From Acaryochloris marina S15 (lineage in GTDB: Bacteria > Cyanobacteriota > Cyanobacteriia > Thermosynechococcales > Thermosynechococcaceae), in NCBI RefSeq assembly GCF_018336915.1, contig NZ_CP064923.1:1410001-1442000 (forward strand): a DNA stretch of 32,000 bases, in the 5' to 3' direction. Shown here piece by piece: positions 1-8,561 of this stretch; position 1 is the stretch's first letter, and each line of letters opens with the position of its first letter. The notes below the pieces were generated by a model that worked only from the letters and a program-made list of their open reading frames with translations, did not search any database and had not been told where the DNA came from. Position numbers and translations under genes: made by a program.

Positions 1-66
1 GTCCTGTCATAAAAAAAAATCGAGGCGTCAATAGGCGAATACCTTCAGCAAAAAGGATCAAGCCCA

Positions 67-675
67 TTAAAGAGGGTTTTTGGATGGCAGTAATTTCGCT
101 ATCCCTTTTTCTGTGCAAATAGCCTTTAAGGGTTGGTCCCAAGATTCAGTGGGAAGTTGCTCTAAGAGATCTCGTTCAAAGACAATTCCGATGGTTGGGA
201 TATCAGCCCAACTGGGTGAGGCTAATAAGCGGTCGTAATATCCACCGCCATACCCCAAGCGATACCCGTTGCGATCGCAAGCCACAGCTGGCACCAAAAT
301 CAGATCAATCTCATCAGCCGATAACTCAGGAAAATCTGGATAAGGTTCCCAAATTCCATACTTACCCTTTTGCAGCATTTGGGAGTTTAGGGGATTACAG
401 CGATGCCAAATCAAATGCTGTCCCACACATCGAGGGAGGCCCCACTCTCGGTCTTGTCCTTGTAAAAACAGCCAGCTTAAATCGGGTTCTTGTCGAAATG
501 TCATATAAGCCAAAACGGTTTTGGCTTGCCCCCAGAGGGATGAATCTAGTAACTGCTGGCAGAGAGTCTGACTAAAAAGACGCCATTGCTCAACAGGCAT
601 CGATTGACGCTGCGTCAGCAATTGACGTCTCAAAGTATTCTTGTCGAGTTGAGGATTAGAGCCAGAAGACTGCAC
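67..675 (-). CDS. 5-formyltetrahydrofolate cyclo-ligase family protein
   Basis: 202-aa ORF with the family's C-terminal signature (LILVPAVACDRNGYRLGYGGGYYDR). The start codon is GTG (675-673) and overlaps the TAG stop of the upstream gene by 1 nt. Confidence 0.8.
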   Translation of the reverse strand: MQSSGSNPQLDKNTLRRQLLTQRQSMPVEQWRLFSQTLCQQLLDSSLWGQAKTVLAYMTFRQEPDLSWLFLQGQDREWGLPRCVGQHLIWHRCNPLNSQMLQKGKYGIWEPYPDFPELSADEIDLILVPAVACDRNGYRLGYGGGYYDRLLASPSWADIPTIGIVFERDLLEQLPTESWDQPLKAICTEKGIAKLLPSKNPL

Positions 676-1385
676 TAAAACTGGGTTGCCACCAATAAGA
701 ACAAACTATCCACTAGCAGCGTGCCCAATACAGATCCTGAGAAAGCCCACCAACAGAGCTGGTCTTTTTGCCCTGTCCAGGTATCCGGGGGCAGTAAGGG
801 GCGAATACTCATCACACAGAGTCCAACCACTAAAACCATCGCCCAAAATTGTCCCCAAGGGGTTTGGGTATGCTCTAAAGCTTTTGGCAATAGTGCCATA
901 GCTTCTGTTTGATCCGTTTGAATCAAGACTCGCCAGGTGGGCATTAAATCCACCAGGAAGAAATACACATCCGTGACGGTTGAGCCAATCAAAGACCCTA
1001 AAAAGAACAGAGAGCCAATTTTAAGACGGGAATTGAGTAAGGCCCAAATGGCGATGGGTAAACCAATCGCTTCCATCGGCACGTGCCATAAAGGCTCTGC
1101 TCGAAACCAACCCCAATAAATTGAGCCGGAGAACCAGGCCAAAGCAAAGCCAAACAGCAAATCACCCCAGATTTGAGTTTTGTCTTGACGCATCAACCCA
1201 TAACTTCCCAAAAGCCACCCTCCTGTGGCCACCAGACTTAGCCATGGCCAAGTCCTCACCAAAGGCGCTTGGATCAGCACAGGTAAGGACACCAAAAACA
1301 TCGCGGCGCTGAATAGCATCCAGCTCTGAAACGTCCCCATGCTTTGAATGGTTTGCCTGAGGGAGCTTTGAAAAGTTTGTTTCAA
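675..1385 (-). CDS. multi-pass integral membrane protein, function unknown (conserved cyanobacterial DUF-type)
   Basis: 236-aa ORF with several long hydrophobic segments (WMLFSAAMFLVSLPVLIQAPLV, LLFGFALAWFSGSIYWGW, FFLGSLIGSTVTDVYFFLV). No catalytic motif recognised. The 1-nt overlap with the downstream 5-FCL gene suggests co-expression. Confidence 0.6.
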   Translation of the reverse strand: MKQTFQSSLRQTIQSMGTFQSWMLFSAAMFLVSLPVLIQAPLVRTWPWLSLVATGGWLLGSYGLMRQDKTQIWGDLLFGFALAWFSGSIYWGWFRAEPLWHVPMEAIGLPIAIWALLNSRLKIGSLFFLGSLIGSTVTDVYFFLVDLMPTWRVLIQTDQTEAMALLPKALEHTQTPWGQFWAMVLVVGLCVMSIRPLLPPDTWTGQKDQLCWWAFSGSVLGTLLVDSLFLLVATQF

Positions 1386-1625
1386 GGATTATTCTCCAGA
1401 TTTTTTCAAAGTTATAAAAATGCTAATAATTCAATATGATTGATTAGGCAATAATCGTTAATATTCGTTAATATTTTGCGTTTATTGAGTCATCCTTAAG
1501 GTGGCATGTAATTCAGATTAGTGTATCACGGGAAGGTCTGATGGCTGTGCCTTCTACAACCTAGCTACAACTAGCTCTCCTGCTTGAATTACTAATAATT
1601 AATTAAACATATCTCCTCAAATCTA

Positions 1626-2084
1626 ATGCGCATTATTTTGCAAAGAGTTAATGAATCACGGGTCGAAGTTGCGGGTCAAATGATTGGCGAAATTCAAAAA
1701 GGTCTCAATTTATTAGTAGGAATTACCCCTTCTGATACGGAGCAAGAAGTGGCTTGGATGGCCCGTAAATGTTTGGAGCTACGAATCTTTCCCGATTCGT
1801 CGGGCAAGCTGTCCCAGTCTGTCCAAGATATAGAGGGCGAATTACTCGTGATTAGCCAGTTTACATTGTATGGAGATTGTCGGAAGGGGCGGCGGCCTTC
1901 CTTCGATCAAGCGGCACCCGGTGCCATCGCAGAAAAGATTTATGATCAATTCGTGGCCAAACTGAGAGCCAGCGGTTTACAGGTCGAAACGGGACAGTTT
2001 GGCGCCATGATGAATGTTTATATCGAAAATGATGGTCCTGTAACTTTAATTTTGGAACGAAAGGCTGAAAGGCAAATACCATAA
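1626..2084 (+). CDS. dtd: D-aminoacyl-tRNA deacylase
   Basis: 152-aa ORF with the MRIILQRV N-terminus and the SQFTLYGD...GRRPSF and NDGPVT motifs characteristic of Dtd. Confidence 0.9.
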   Translation: MRIILQRVNESRVEVAGQMIGEIQKGLNLLVGITPSDTEQEVAWMARKCLELRIFPDSSGKLSQSVQDIEGELLVISQFTLYGDCRKGRRPSFDQAAPGAIAEKIYDQFVAKLRASGLQVETGQFGAMMNVYIENDGPVTLILERKAERQIP

Positions 2085-2232
2085 ACCCCCACTATTCTTT
2101 GCCCCAAAATAATGCCTGCTTACAAGCTCAAAAAAGGGGATATTCAAGATAGATGACGTTAGGGATTGCCATTTCTAGCGGAGTTGAGTCAAACTGCCTG
2201 TGTGGTAATCAATAGCGGGTCTCTCCAGAATT

Positions 2233-4119
2233 ATGTGCGGTATTGTCGGTTACATTGGTCCTCAGACGGCCAGCGGAATTCTGCTCTCAGGTCTACAAAA
2301 ACTGGAATATCGAGGTTACGATTCAGCGGGGATTGCCACTGTGTCAGAGGCCCAGCTCCAATGTATTCGGGCTAAGGGCAAACTTCATCACCTGGAAGAG
2401 AAGTTGGCCAGTTGGGAAAATTCGGCTGTTCTGGGCATTGGCCACACGCGATGGGCCACGCACGGCAAACCTGAAGAACATAACGCCCATCCCCATCGAG
2501 ATGCTCACGACCGCTTGGCTGTGGTGCAAAACGGGATTATCGAAAACTATCGAGACCTCCGAGAGGAACTGAAAGAGCGGGGCTGTACATTTCGCTCTGA
2601 AACCGATACAGAGGTTATCCCCCATCTAATCGCGGAAAAGCTTGACGCTCTGAAATCGGCTGGAAAGCCTTCCCTACTAGAAGCGGTTCGACAAGCAGTC
2701 AATCAGTTGGAAGGCGCATTTGCGATCGCAGTGGTGTCCGCTGACTTCCCAGATGAACTGATCGTGGCTCGTCAGCAAGCCCCCTTAGTGGTGGGATGTG
2801 GGGATGGCGAATATTTCTGTGCCTCCGATACACCAGCTTTGATTCACCATACCCGCACGGTCTTAAACCTAGAAAACCAAGAACTGGCCCGCTTGACTAC
2901 TCAGGGGGTCAACCTCTACCACTTCGATGGTAACCGGGTTCGTCGCCCACCCCACACCCTCAACTGGAATCCAGTCATGGTGGAGAAGCAAGGCTTCAAA
3001 CACTTTATGCTCAAGGAAATCTATGAGCAGCCAGGGGTCGTGCGCACTTGCCTGGAACAGTATGTAGATAGCAGCTGGCAGCCGGAACAGGAGAAAAGTC
3101 CCATTCGCCTGAATTTAGCGCCAGAGTTGACTGAGAACCTAGAAAGCATTCAAATTATGGCCTGCGGGACTAGCTGGCATGCCAGTTTGGTGGGCAAGCA
3201 TCTGCTGGAACAGTTGGCAGGTATTCCAACGGTGGTTCAGTATGCCTCGGAGTTTCGGTATGCACCGTCACCCTTGACGGCCAATACCCTCACGATTGGG
3301 GTTACTCAGTCCGGAGAAACCGCCGACACTCTAGCTGCATTAGAAACGGAACAACAGCGTCGTGCCCAGCAACCTCCTCATTTACAGGCTCGTCTGTTAG
3401 GTATAACCAATCGCCCCGAAAGTTCTCTGGCTCGCCTAGTGCCCGCTATTATTGATACCCATGCCGGGATTGAAATTGGGGTGGCAGCCACTAAAACCTT
3501 TATGGCTCAACTGATGGCCTTTTACTTTTTGGCGATTGAGTTGGCCCATCAACGCAAAACAGTTCCCCCCCAGCGCTTAGGTGAAATTATCAATGGTCTG
3601 CAACAGCTCCCTGCCCAGCTAGAGCAGGTTTTAGAAAGTCAGGAGCGCTATGTGGAAACCCTGGCCCATGACTTTGTAGAAACCCAGGACTTTATCTATA
3701 TCGGTCGAGGCATTAATTTCCCCATTGCCCTAGAAGGAGCACTAAAGCTAAAGGAAATTAGCTATATCCATGCGGAGGGATATCCGGCAGGGGAGATGAA
3801 GCATGGTCCCATCGCCTTGCTCGATGCCAAGGTACCAGTGGTTGCGATCGCAATGCCAGGAACGGTCTTTGAAAAGGTTCTCTCCAATGCCCAAGAGGCA
3901 CGGGCACGGGATGCTCGGTTGATTGGCGTTACTCCCATGGATGAGCGGGAAGCCAAAGAGACCTTTGATACGTTGTTACCTGTACCTGCGGTGGATGAGA
4001 TTATTTCGCCATTACTGACGGTGGTGCCGTTGCAGTTGTTGTCCTATCATATTGCCGCCCTGCGGGGTTTAGATGTGGATCAACCTCGCAATTTGGCTAA
4101 ATCCGTGACGGTTGAGTAA
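2233..4119 (+). CDS. glmS: glutamine--fructose-6-phosphate aminotransferase (isomerising)
   Basis: 628-aa ORF starting MCGIVGY (N-terminal nucleophile Cys2). It has a class-II glutaminase domain followed by two SIS domains and ends ...NLAKSVTVE, as GlmS proteins do. Confidence 0.95.
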   Translation: MCGIVGYIGPQTASGILLSGLQKLEYRGYDSAGIATVSEAQLQCIRAKGKLHHLEEKLASWENSAVLGIGHTRWATHGKPEEHNAHPHRDAHDRLAVVQNGIIENYRDLREELKERGCTFRSETDTEVIPHLIAEKLDALKSAGKPSLLEAVRQAVNQLEGAFAIAVVSADFPDELIVARQQAPLVVGCGDGEYFCASDTPALIHHTRTVLNLENQELARLTTQGVNLYHFDGNRVRRPPHTLNWNPVMVEKQGFKHFMLKEIYEQPGVVRTCLEQYVDSSWQPEQEKSPIRLNLAPELTENLESIQIMACGTSWHASLVGKHLLEQLAGIPTVVQYASEFRYAPSPLTANTLTIGVTQSGETADTLAALETEQQRRAQQPPHLQARLLGITNRPESSLARLVPAIIDTHAGIEIGVAATKTFMAQLMAFYFLAIELAHQRKTVPPQRLGEIINGLQQLPAQLEQVLESQERYVETLAHDFVETQDFIYIGRGINFPIALEGALKLKEISYIHAEGYPAGEMKHGPIALLDAKVPVVAIAMPGTVFEKVLSNAQEARARDARLIGVTPMDEREAKETFDTLLPVPAVDEIISPLLTVVPLQLLSYHIAALRGLDVDQPRNLAKSVTVE

Positions 4120-4121
4120 TA

Positions 4122-5222
4122 TTACTCAGACTGATTTCTTGCCGTCTCTTCAGCTCTTTTATAGACGGCTAGAGGATCTATCAGCATGTCACCCGGTTGA
4201 GGTTCTAAATCAGCCGTCGACAACAAAACTCTTCCTTTTTCTATATCCATCCAAGTGATGATAGCTCTGACCCAAGCATGTCGTCGAAAAACTTGTTTGG
4301 GATCGTCAATAGGATCATGAGAAATAGCGGAATTAAGCAATAGGGCAAAACATCCTCCAATATCTACAAAAACACCATCGGGTTGAATTTTATGAACTTT
4401 ACCGTCTACGATCTGTCCAACTTGTAGAGTTTCCAGACGTGCTTGGCGTTCATGATAAATATGTGCGGGATGGCGATGACCTGAAAAATCTAGTTCGCCT
4501 ATTTCTTGATGGATTTTAGACTGCCTTTCTTGATACCAATGTAAATCAATTTCGTTTACTGCCAGATCAGTGATGAGATTCTCATAAAAACTTGAGAGCT
4601 TGTAAGCATCAATTGGTCGTCCATATACCGCTAGCAGAAGAGATGTGGAAAGATCAGCGATAAATTGCCGTAAGATTTGTTGGGTTACGGTCAAGTACTT
4701 TTGTCGATGTTGCTGAGCTTCTTGAGCATTTCTGTCTTCACCTCCTCCATATATTGCTAGCCTTTGCTCCCAGCGATCATAAGCAGTGTTTTCTGGGGTG
4801 AGTAAGTTGTGCCAATTAATATTACTAAGATTGTCAGAACTTGACCACCGAGAACGCTGATAGTGGAGATCAATAAATTCAATAATGCTATTAGTAAAAG
4901 CTAAAACTAGGTTGCTTGGTTTGATGAAAATTTTGAGTCGCGTTTGGTCTTCATAAGACATCCATGGCTCAATCCTAAAACAGAGAAGGTCTGTCTCAGT
5001 ACTTTCTGCAATCAGCTCAACTCCTCGACCTTCTTCATTGATTACCATTTTGGCGGGAAGATGAGAATCTCGAATTTTTCCTAGCCACACATAAAGCTCT
5101 GGATAAGGATCAAATACTGAGGATGTGTGAATGACGGTACAAATCTCATCAGTCTCTATATGCATAAAGATCCAACCCTTGGGTGACTCATTAACTTTAT
5201 TTTGAGTAAAGAGGACTTTCAT
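4122..5222 (-). CDS. S1 RNA-binding-domain protein with a ~270-aa N-terminal region of unknown function
   Basis: 366-aa ORF with an ATG start. The C-terminal ~75 aa read as an S1/OB fold (GQIVDGKVHKIQPDGVFVDIGGCFALLLNSAIS...VRAIITWMDIEKGRVLLS). I recognise no domain in the N-terminal three quarters. The DNA is visibly more A+T-rich than glmS next door. Confidence 0.7.
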   Translation of the reverse strand: MKVLFTQNKVNESPKGWIFMHIETDEICTVIHTSSVFDPYPELYVWLGKIRDSHLPAKMVINEEGRGVELIAESTETDLLCFRIEPWMSYEDQTRLKIFIKPSNLVLAFTNSIIEFIDLHYQRSRWSSSDNLSNINWHNLLTPENTAYDRWEQRLAIYGGGEDRNAQEAQQHRQKYLTVTQQILRQFIADLSTSLLLAVYGRPIDAYKLSSFYENLITDLAVNEIDLHWYQERQSKIHQEIGELDFSGHRHPAHIYHERQARLETLQVGQIVDGKVHKIQPDGVFVDIGGCFALLLNSAISHDPIDDPKQVFRRHAWVRAIITWMDIEKGRVLLSTADLEPQPGDMLIDPLAVYKRAEETARNQSE

Positions 5223-5290
5223 CGTTAATGATTGAAGGTTGAAAAAATTTTGGAGAATTTAGAAGCTGAAGACAAGAAGTATTTGACAGG

Positions 5291-6811
5291 CTAATCGATT
5301 CTTGAGTTCTCTGGAGATCGGGTATATCGGTGTTTAATCCCTACTGGAAAGTAGGTCGGATCGCCGTTAGCCAATAAGTGAATCTGTGGGGTTTGATAGC
5401 TTGCAGGAACATAGTTAGCAAATTCACTATTGAGTCTGCGAAGCTGTTGCAAGATGGATTGAGCCATCGCATGCTCTCTGGCTATGCTAGCCGTTTGACC
5501 TGGTGCAAGTTCTACATAAATCACTAAATGAGAGTTTTGATCGGCATCCGTTTGCACCTGCATCACAAATTTGCCTGTGACCCAATCGCAAATCTCCGGC
5601 TGTTCTAGACCCACCGTCACATTCTCTGGATAGATATTGGCCCCAAAAAACGATACGGTGAAATGAGAGCGGCCAAATACATAGACAAAGGGTAGGGGGC
5701 GAATAGGGGCATGGCCTTGTTGTTGCAATGTTGTAATCGCATCAAAGCCATGAGCCTGCAAAAACGCCAACATCTGATCGTAGGGGAAAATACCACCGCG
5801 ATCGCAAATGTGATACCGAATGAGGGGAATTCCATTATTACCCGAGAATAGAAGTGTTCCCTCTTCAGTGACTTCGAAATATCGACTCGTGGGATCGTAC
5901 TGAACTAGGGTCGGCAAGCGAGCTTCCCCAAATACCTCAGCTGCAATATCTGGATGATTAGCCAAAAATCGACGAATACAAATGCTGAGCGGGGTTTCAT
6001 TTCCCAGTACCCCGGCATCTGCTGTGCCATACAAAGAGGCCGAGTCAAAGCAGGAGTTAGTTGAACCGACCCGCGTCCCGATTAAATCTCGCCATGCTTC
6101 GCTAAACACTTCCCCGGCCATCACCCATTTGAGATGGTATTGAGGCCACGGAACCCCTTCTGTCAGTCCTGTATCAATGACATCCTTGAGAAATGGTGGA
6201 TATCCCAGCAGTACAACCTGCTCAAACATCGGCCCCAGGGCTTGTACCACCCGCAGAATTTCAGTTTTATTATTGCCAGGCGTAATCACTGTGAGGGGAT
6301 AGCCTTTACTGGCTAAATGACGACAACAGTTGGCGGTATACATCCCTCCTACCCAGGTCCCTAAGGCAAAGCAAACCACCGCGAGAGTCCGCTTTTGATC
6401 TGCGGCAAAGCTATCGGCAAAAATTTGCTCAAAACGAGTCGCAATTTGATATTCATCAGTGATGAAGCGCGGCCAAAAGGTCGGTTCTCCCGTCGATCCA
6501 GAAGATACCGCCATCATGTCACAGGTCTCCAACTTGCCGTCACGACAGAGACGAGGCAGTGGAAACTGCCGTAAATAATTATCTTTAGTCGTTAGAGGTA
6601 GAGTGACAAAGTCTTCTAGCGTCTGAATTTGTGTAGGGTCAATCCCCTGTTGTTGCAGGAAGTCTTTGTACGCCGGAACCGTCTGGGCAACCCGATGAAA
6701 CAAAGATAGGACTTGCGCAGAGACAGAAGTTGGGGAAACAATCAGCTCCTCTAAGGACGTGTCGAGGAACGTCTGTAAAGCCTTAATTGTATTCCGGAGA
6801 GAGCCAGCCAT
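5291..6811 (-). CDS. adenylate-forming enzyme of the phenylacetate-CoA ligase (PaaK) / coenzyme F390 synthetase-like family
   Basis: 506-aa ORF with an ATG start. It has the P-loop-like AMP-binding motif SSGSTGEPTFWPR and a later YGTADAG motif, giving PaaK-like rather than classical long acyl-CoA synthetase architecture. Confidence 0.7.
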   Translation of the reverse strand: MAGSLRNTIKALQTFLDTSLEELIVSPTSVSAQVLSLFHRVAQTVPAYKDFLQQQGIDPTQIQTLEDFVTLPLTTKDNYLRQFPLPRLCRDGKLETCDMMAVSSGSTGEPTFWPRFITDEYQIATRFEQIFADSFAADQKRTLAVVCFALGTWVGGMYTANCCRHLASKGYPLTVITPGNNKTEILRVVQALGPMFEQVVLLGYPPFLKDVIDTGLTEGVPWPQYHLKWVMAGEVFSEAWRDLIGTRVGSTNSCFDSASLYGTADAGVLGNETPLSICIRRFLANHPDIAAEVFGEARLPTLVQYDPTSRYFEVTEEGTLLFSGNNGIPLIRYHICDRGGIFPYDQMLAFLQAHGFDAITTLQQQGHAPIRPLPFVYVFGRSHFTVSFFGANIYPENVTVGLEQPEICDWVTGKFVMQVQTDADQNSHLVIYVELAPGQTASIAREHAMAQSILQQLRRLNSEFANYVPASYQTPQIHLLANGDPTYFPVGIKHRYTRSPENSRID

Positions 6812-6868
6812 AGAGAGAGAGGAAAGTACTCCCCTTATCTTGGCAAACCGCTAGCGTTCGAGTCGATA

Positions 6869-8497
6869 TTATTGAGACTGAAATTGTAATTCTTGAGATG
6901 CCTGGTCAGAGGGTCCTAATGTATCAGCAAAGGAGGGGATATGGATCAAGGCATGTTGATTGCGTCCCGCATCCTTGGCTTGCATCAAGGCTTGCGTGGT
7001 TTTATCCACTAACTTTGTCATGGGGATATCATGGGCAGGTCGCACAAACCCGATCCCTATACTGACAGTGACATATTCACTAATGGGGGAATAGATATGT
7101 TTGATTTTTAAGGCTTCTATGGATTCGATACAGCGCTGAGCTAGAGGTTCGGAATTAGCGGTATTCGGTAGCAGTAGAGCAAAGGTTTCCCCTTCAAATC
7201 TGGCCACCAGGTCTGCAGGACGCTTGAGAAGAGATTCTAATTGAGACGCAATTTTTTTCAGACAATCATCGCCAGCAACAAACCCATATCCCTCATTAAA
7301 TTGTCGGAAAAAATCTAGATTGATCAGAAATAGTGTCATGGGAGTCTGCTCACGAATCGCTCGCTTCCACTCTTTATCCAAACAGTCATTGAAATGCCGT
7401 CGGTTGGCAATAAAGGTTAACTCATCAGTGGTAGAGATCAGAGAAAGTTTTTTGTTGGCTTCTTCTAATTCCTTGGTGCGATCGCGGACAACGGTCTCCA
7501 CAATCTTCGACTGCCGTAGGATAAAGAACACATAAGCTTCAGCCAGCACCGTAAATACTAAACCAACCCAGAACACCGCCCAGGGTAAGCCACTTCGCTT
7601 CTCATTGAAATAAACATTAGAGGGGATAGCAGCGATAGTCCATTGCTGACCCGCAATAGGTTTGAGATCGTATCGATACTCATGTTCAGACAGCGACTGG
7701 CCTAATTTCGATTGCCGAGCATAAGGAATGTTCTGATTGGCCGTGTCAATGAGTTGAAGGTTGATGGCATCAACAGCACCCGGTTGAATAGCAGCATTGA
7801 CCAAATCACTGATTCGGAAGACCCCCAAAACCAAACCTTGCAAACGTTGGCGTCTGCTGTCTAATGTGTTGGGTTGGTCTTGATAGACGGGGATGAAGGT
7901 GATGAAGCCTTTTTGGTCTTCTCGCTCCTGCACCAAGGTCAAATTAGTTGTGGATTGGACCATCCCCGTATCTATTGCTAAGGTGATAGCTTCCATGCGA
8001 CTGGCATCGGATGCAAGATCAAATCCTAAAGCTAATTCATTGCCTGCAAAGGGTTCCAGAAACGATACTGGAAAATAGTTTGATCGTTTCTGGGCACGAA
8101 CCATCTTGCCTTGACTGACCTGTTGGGTAATTTCAAAAGCAGGATAATCTTGTTGCCGCTGTTTGATAAAAGTTGCCCGGTCTGCATGTTTAACTTTAGG
8201 TACCCATTCCAGAGCTTGAATATCTTTGTGACGAGCTAAGAGGTTGTGAGTGAACTGTTTGAATTCTTTTGGTTTGACCTGATCAGAACTATCAAACAAA
8301 AGTTTGAGGCTATTAATGACTTCCATCTTGGCATCAATATTGGCCTCCAAGCGATGGACCTGCTCATTGATATCCTGCTGAAAATCTTTCTGAATAGATT
8401 GAGTTTCTAGATAATAGAACTTCGTTGCCAATAACGCTGATAGACCAATTCCCAATATTCCTGTGGGAATAGAAATTAACGCTATTTTTCTGTTCAA
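6869..8497 (-). CDS. membrane sensor protein: CHASE extracytoplasmic domain + degenerate GGDEF domain
   Basis: 542-aa ORF. An N-terminal TM helix, a CHASE-like periplasmic region (IQALEWVPKVKHADRATF...) and a second TM helix (WAVFWVGLVFTVLAEAYVFFIL) precede a GGDEF fold (TDELTFIANRRHF...TVSIGIG...AKDAGRN). The signature reads EGETF instead of GG(D/E)EF. The start codon is TTG (8497-8495), preceded by GAGGGGAG about 8 nt upstream. Confidence 0.85.
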   Translation of the reverse strand: MNRKIALISIPTGILGIGLSALLATKFYYLETQSIQKDFQQDINEQVHRLEANIDAKMEVINSLKLLFDSSDQVKPKEFKQFTHNLLARHKDIQALEWVPKVKHADRATFIKQRQQDYPAFEITQQVSQGKMVRAQKRSNYFPVSFLEPFAGNELALGFDLASDASRMEAITLAIDTGMVQSTTNLTLVQEREDQKGFITFIPVYQDQPNTLDSRRQRLQGLVLGVFRISDLVNAAIQPGAVDAINLQLIDTANQNIPYARQSKLGQSLSEHEYRYDLKPIAGQQWTIAAIPSNVYFNEKRSGLPWAVFWVGLVFTVLAEAYVFFILRQSKIVETVVRDRTKELEEANKKLSLISTTDELTFIANRRHFNDCLDKEWKRAIREQTPMTLFLINLDFFRQFNEGYGFVAGDDCLKKIASQLESLLKRPADLVARFEGETFALLLPNTANSEPLAQRCIESIEALKIKHIYSPISEYVTVSIGIGFVRPAHDIPMTKLVDKTTQALMQAKDAGRNQHALIHIPSFADTLGPSDQASQELQFQSQ

Positions 8498-8552
8498 AAC
8501 GAATACTCCCCTCTGGATTACTTACAAAAACAGGTCGATAAAGCTAGATCAG

Positions 8553-8561
8553 TCATCCATC
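8553..8561. repeat. 9-bp target-site duplication (TCATCCATC), left copy, of the ISKra4-like element
   Basis: An identical 9-mer directly abuts both outer ends of the inverted repeats (8553-8561 and 10048-10056). Confidence 0.8.

Noticed and set aside
195-575. Numerous 60-130-aa track ORFs antisense to or nested in strong genes (e.g. 195-575, 686-1312, 2243-2625, 9202-9875, 11102-11787, 18756-20451, 22668-23045, 28354-29583, 31216-31602)
   Set aside because: Each lies wholly within a longer ORF with clear family motifs on the other strand or frame. None shows a recognisable motif or a ribosome-binding site.
2085-2232. Possible glmS ribozyme or riboswitch in the glmS leader
   Set aside because: The leader is only 148 nt. 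I cannot find the conserved glmS-ribozyme core or pseudoknot elements, and the element is characteristic of Firmicutes rather than cyanobacteria. A covariance-model (Rfam RF00234) scan would settle it.
6840-6860. GCGTTCGAGTCG resembling a tRNA T-psi-C arm
   Set aside because: It lies in a 57-bp intergenic gap, too short for a tRNA, and no acceptor or anticodon stems can be drawn around it.
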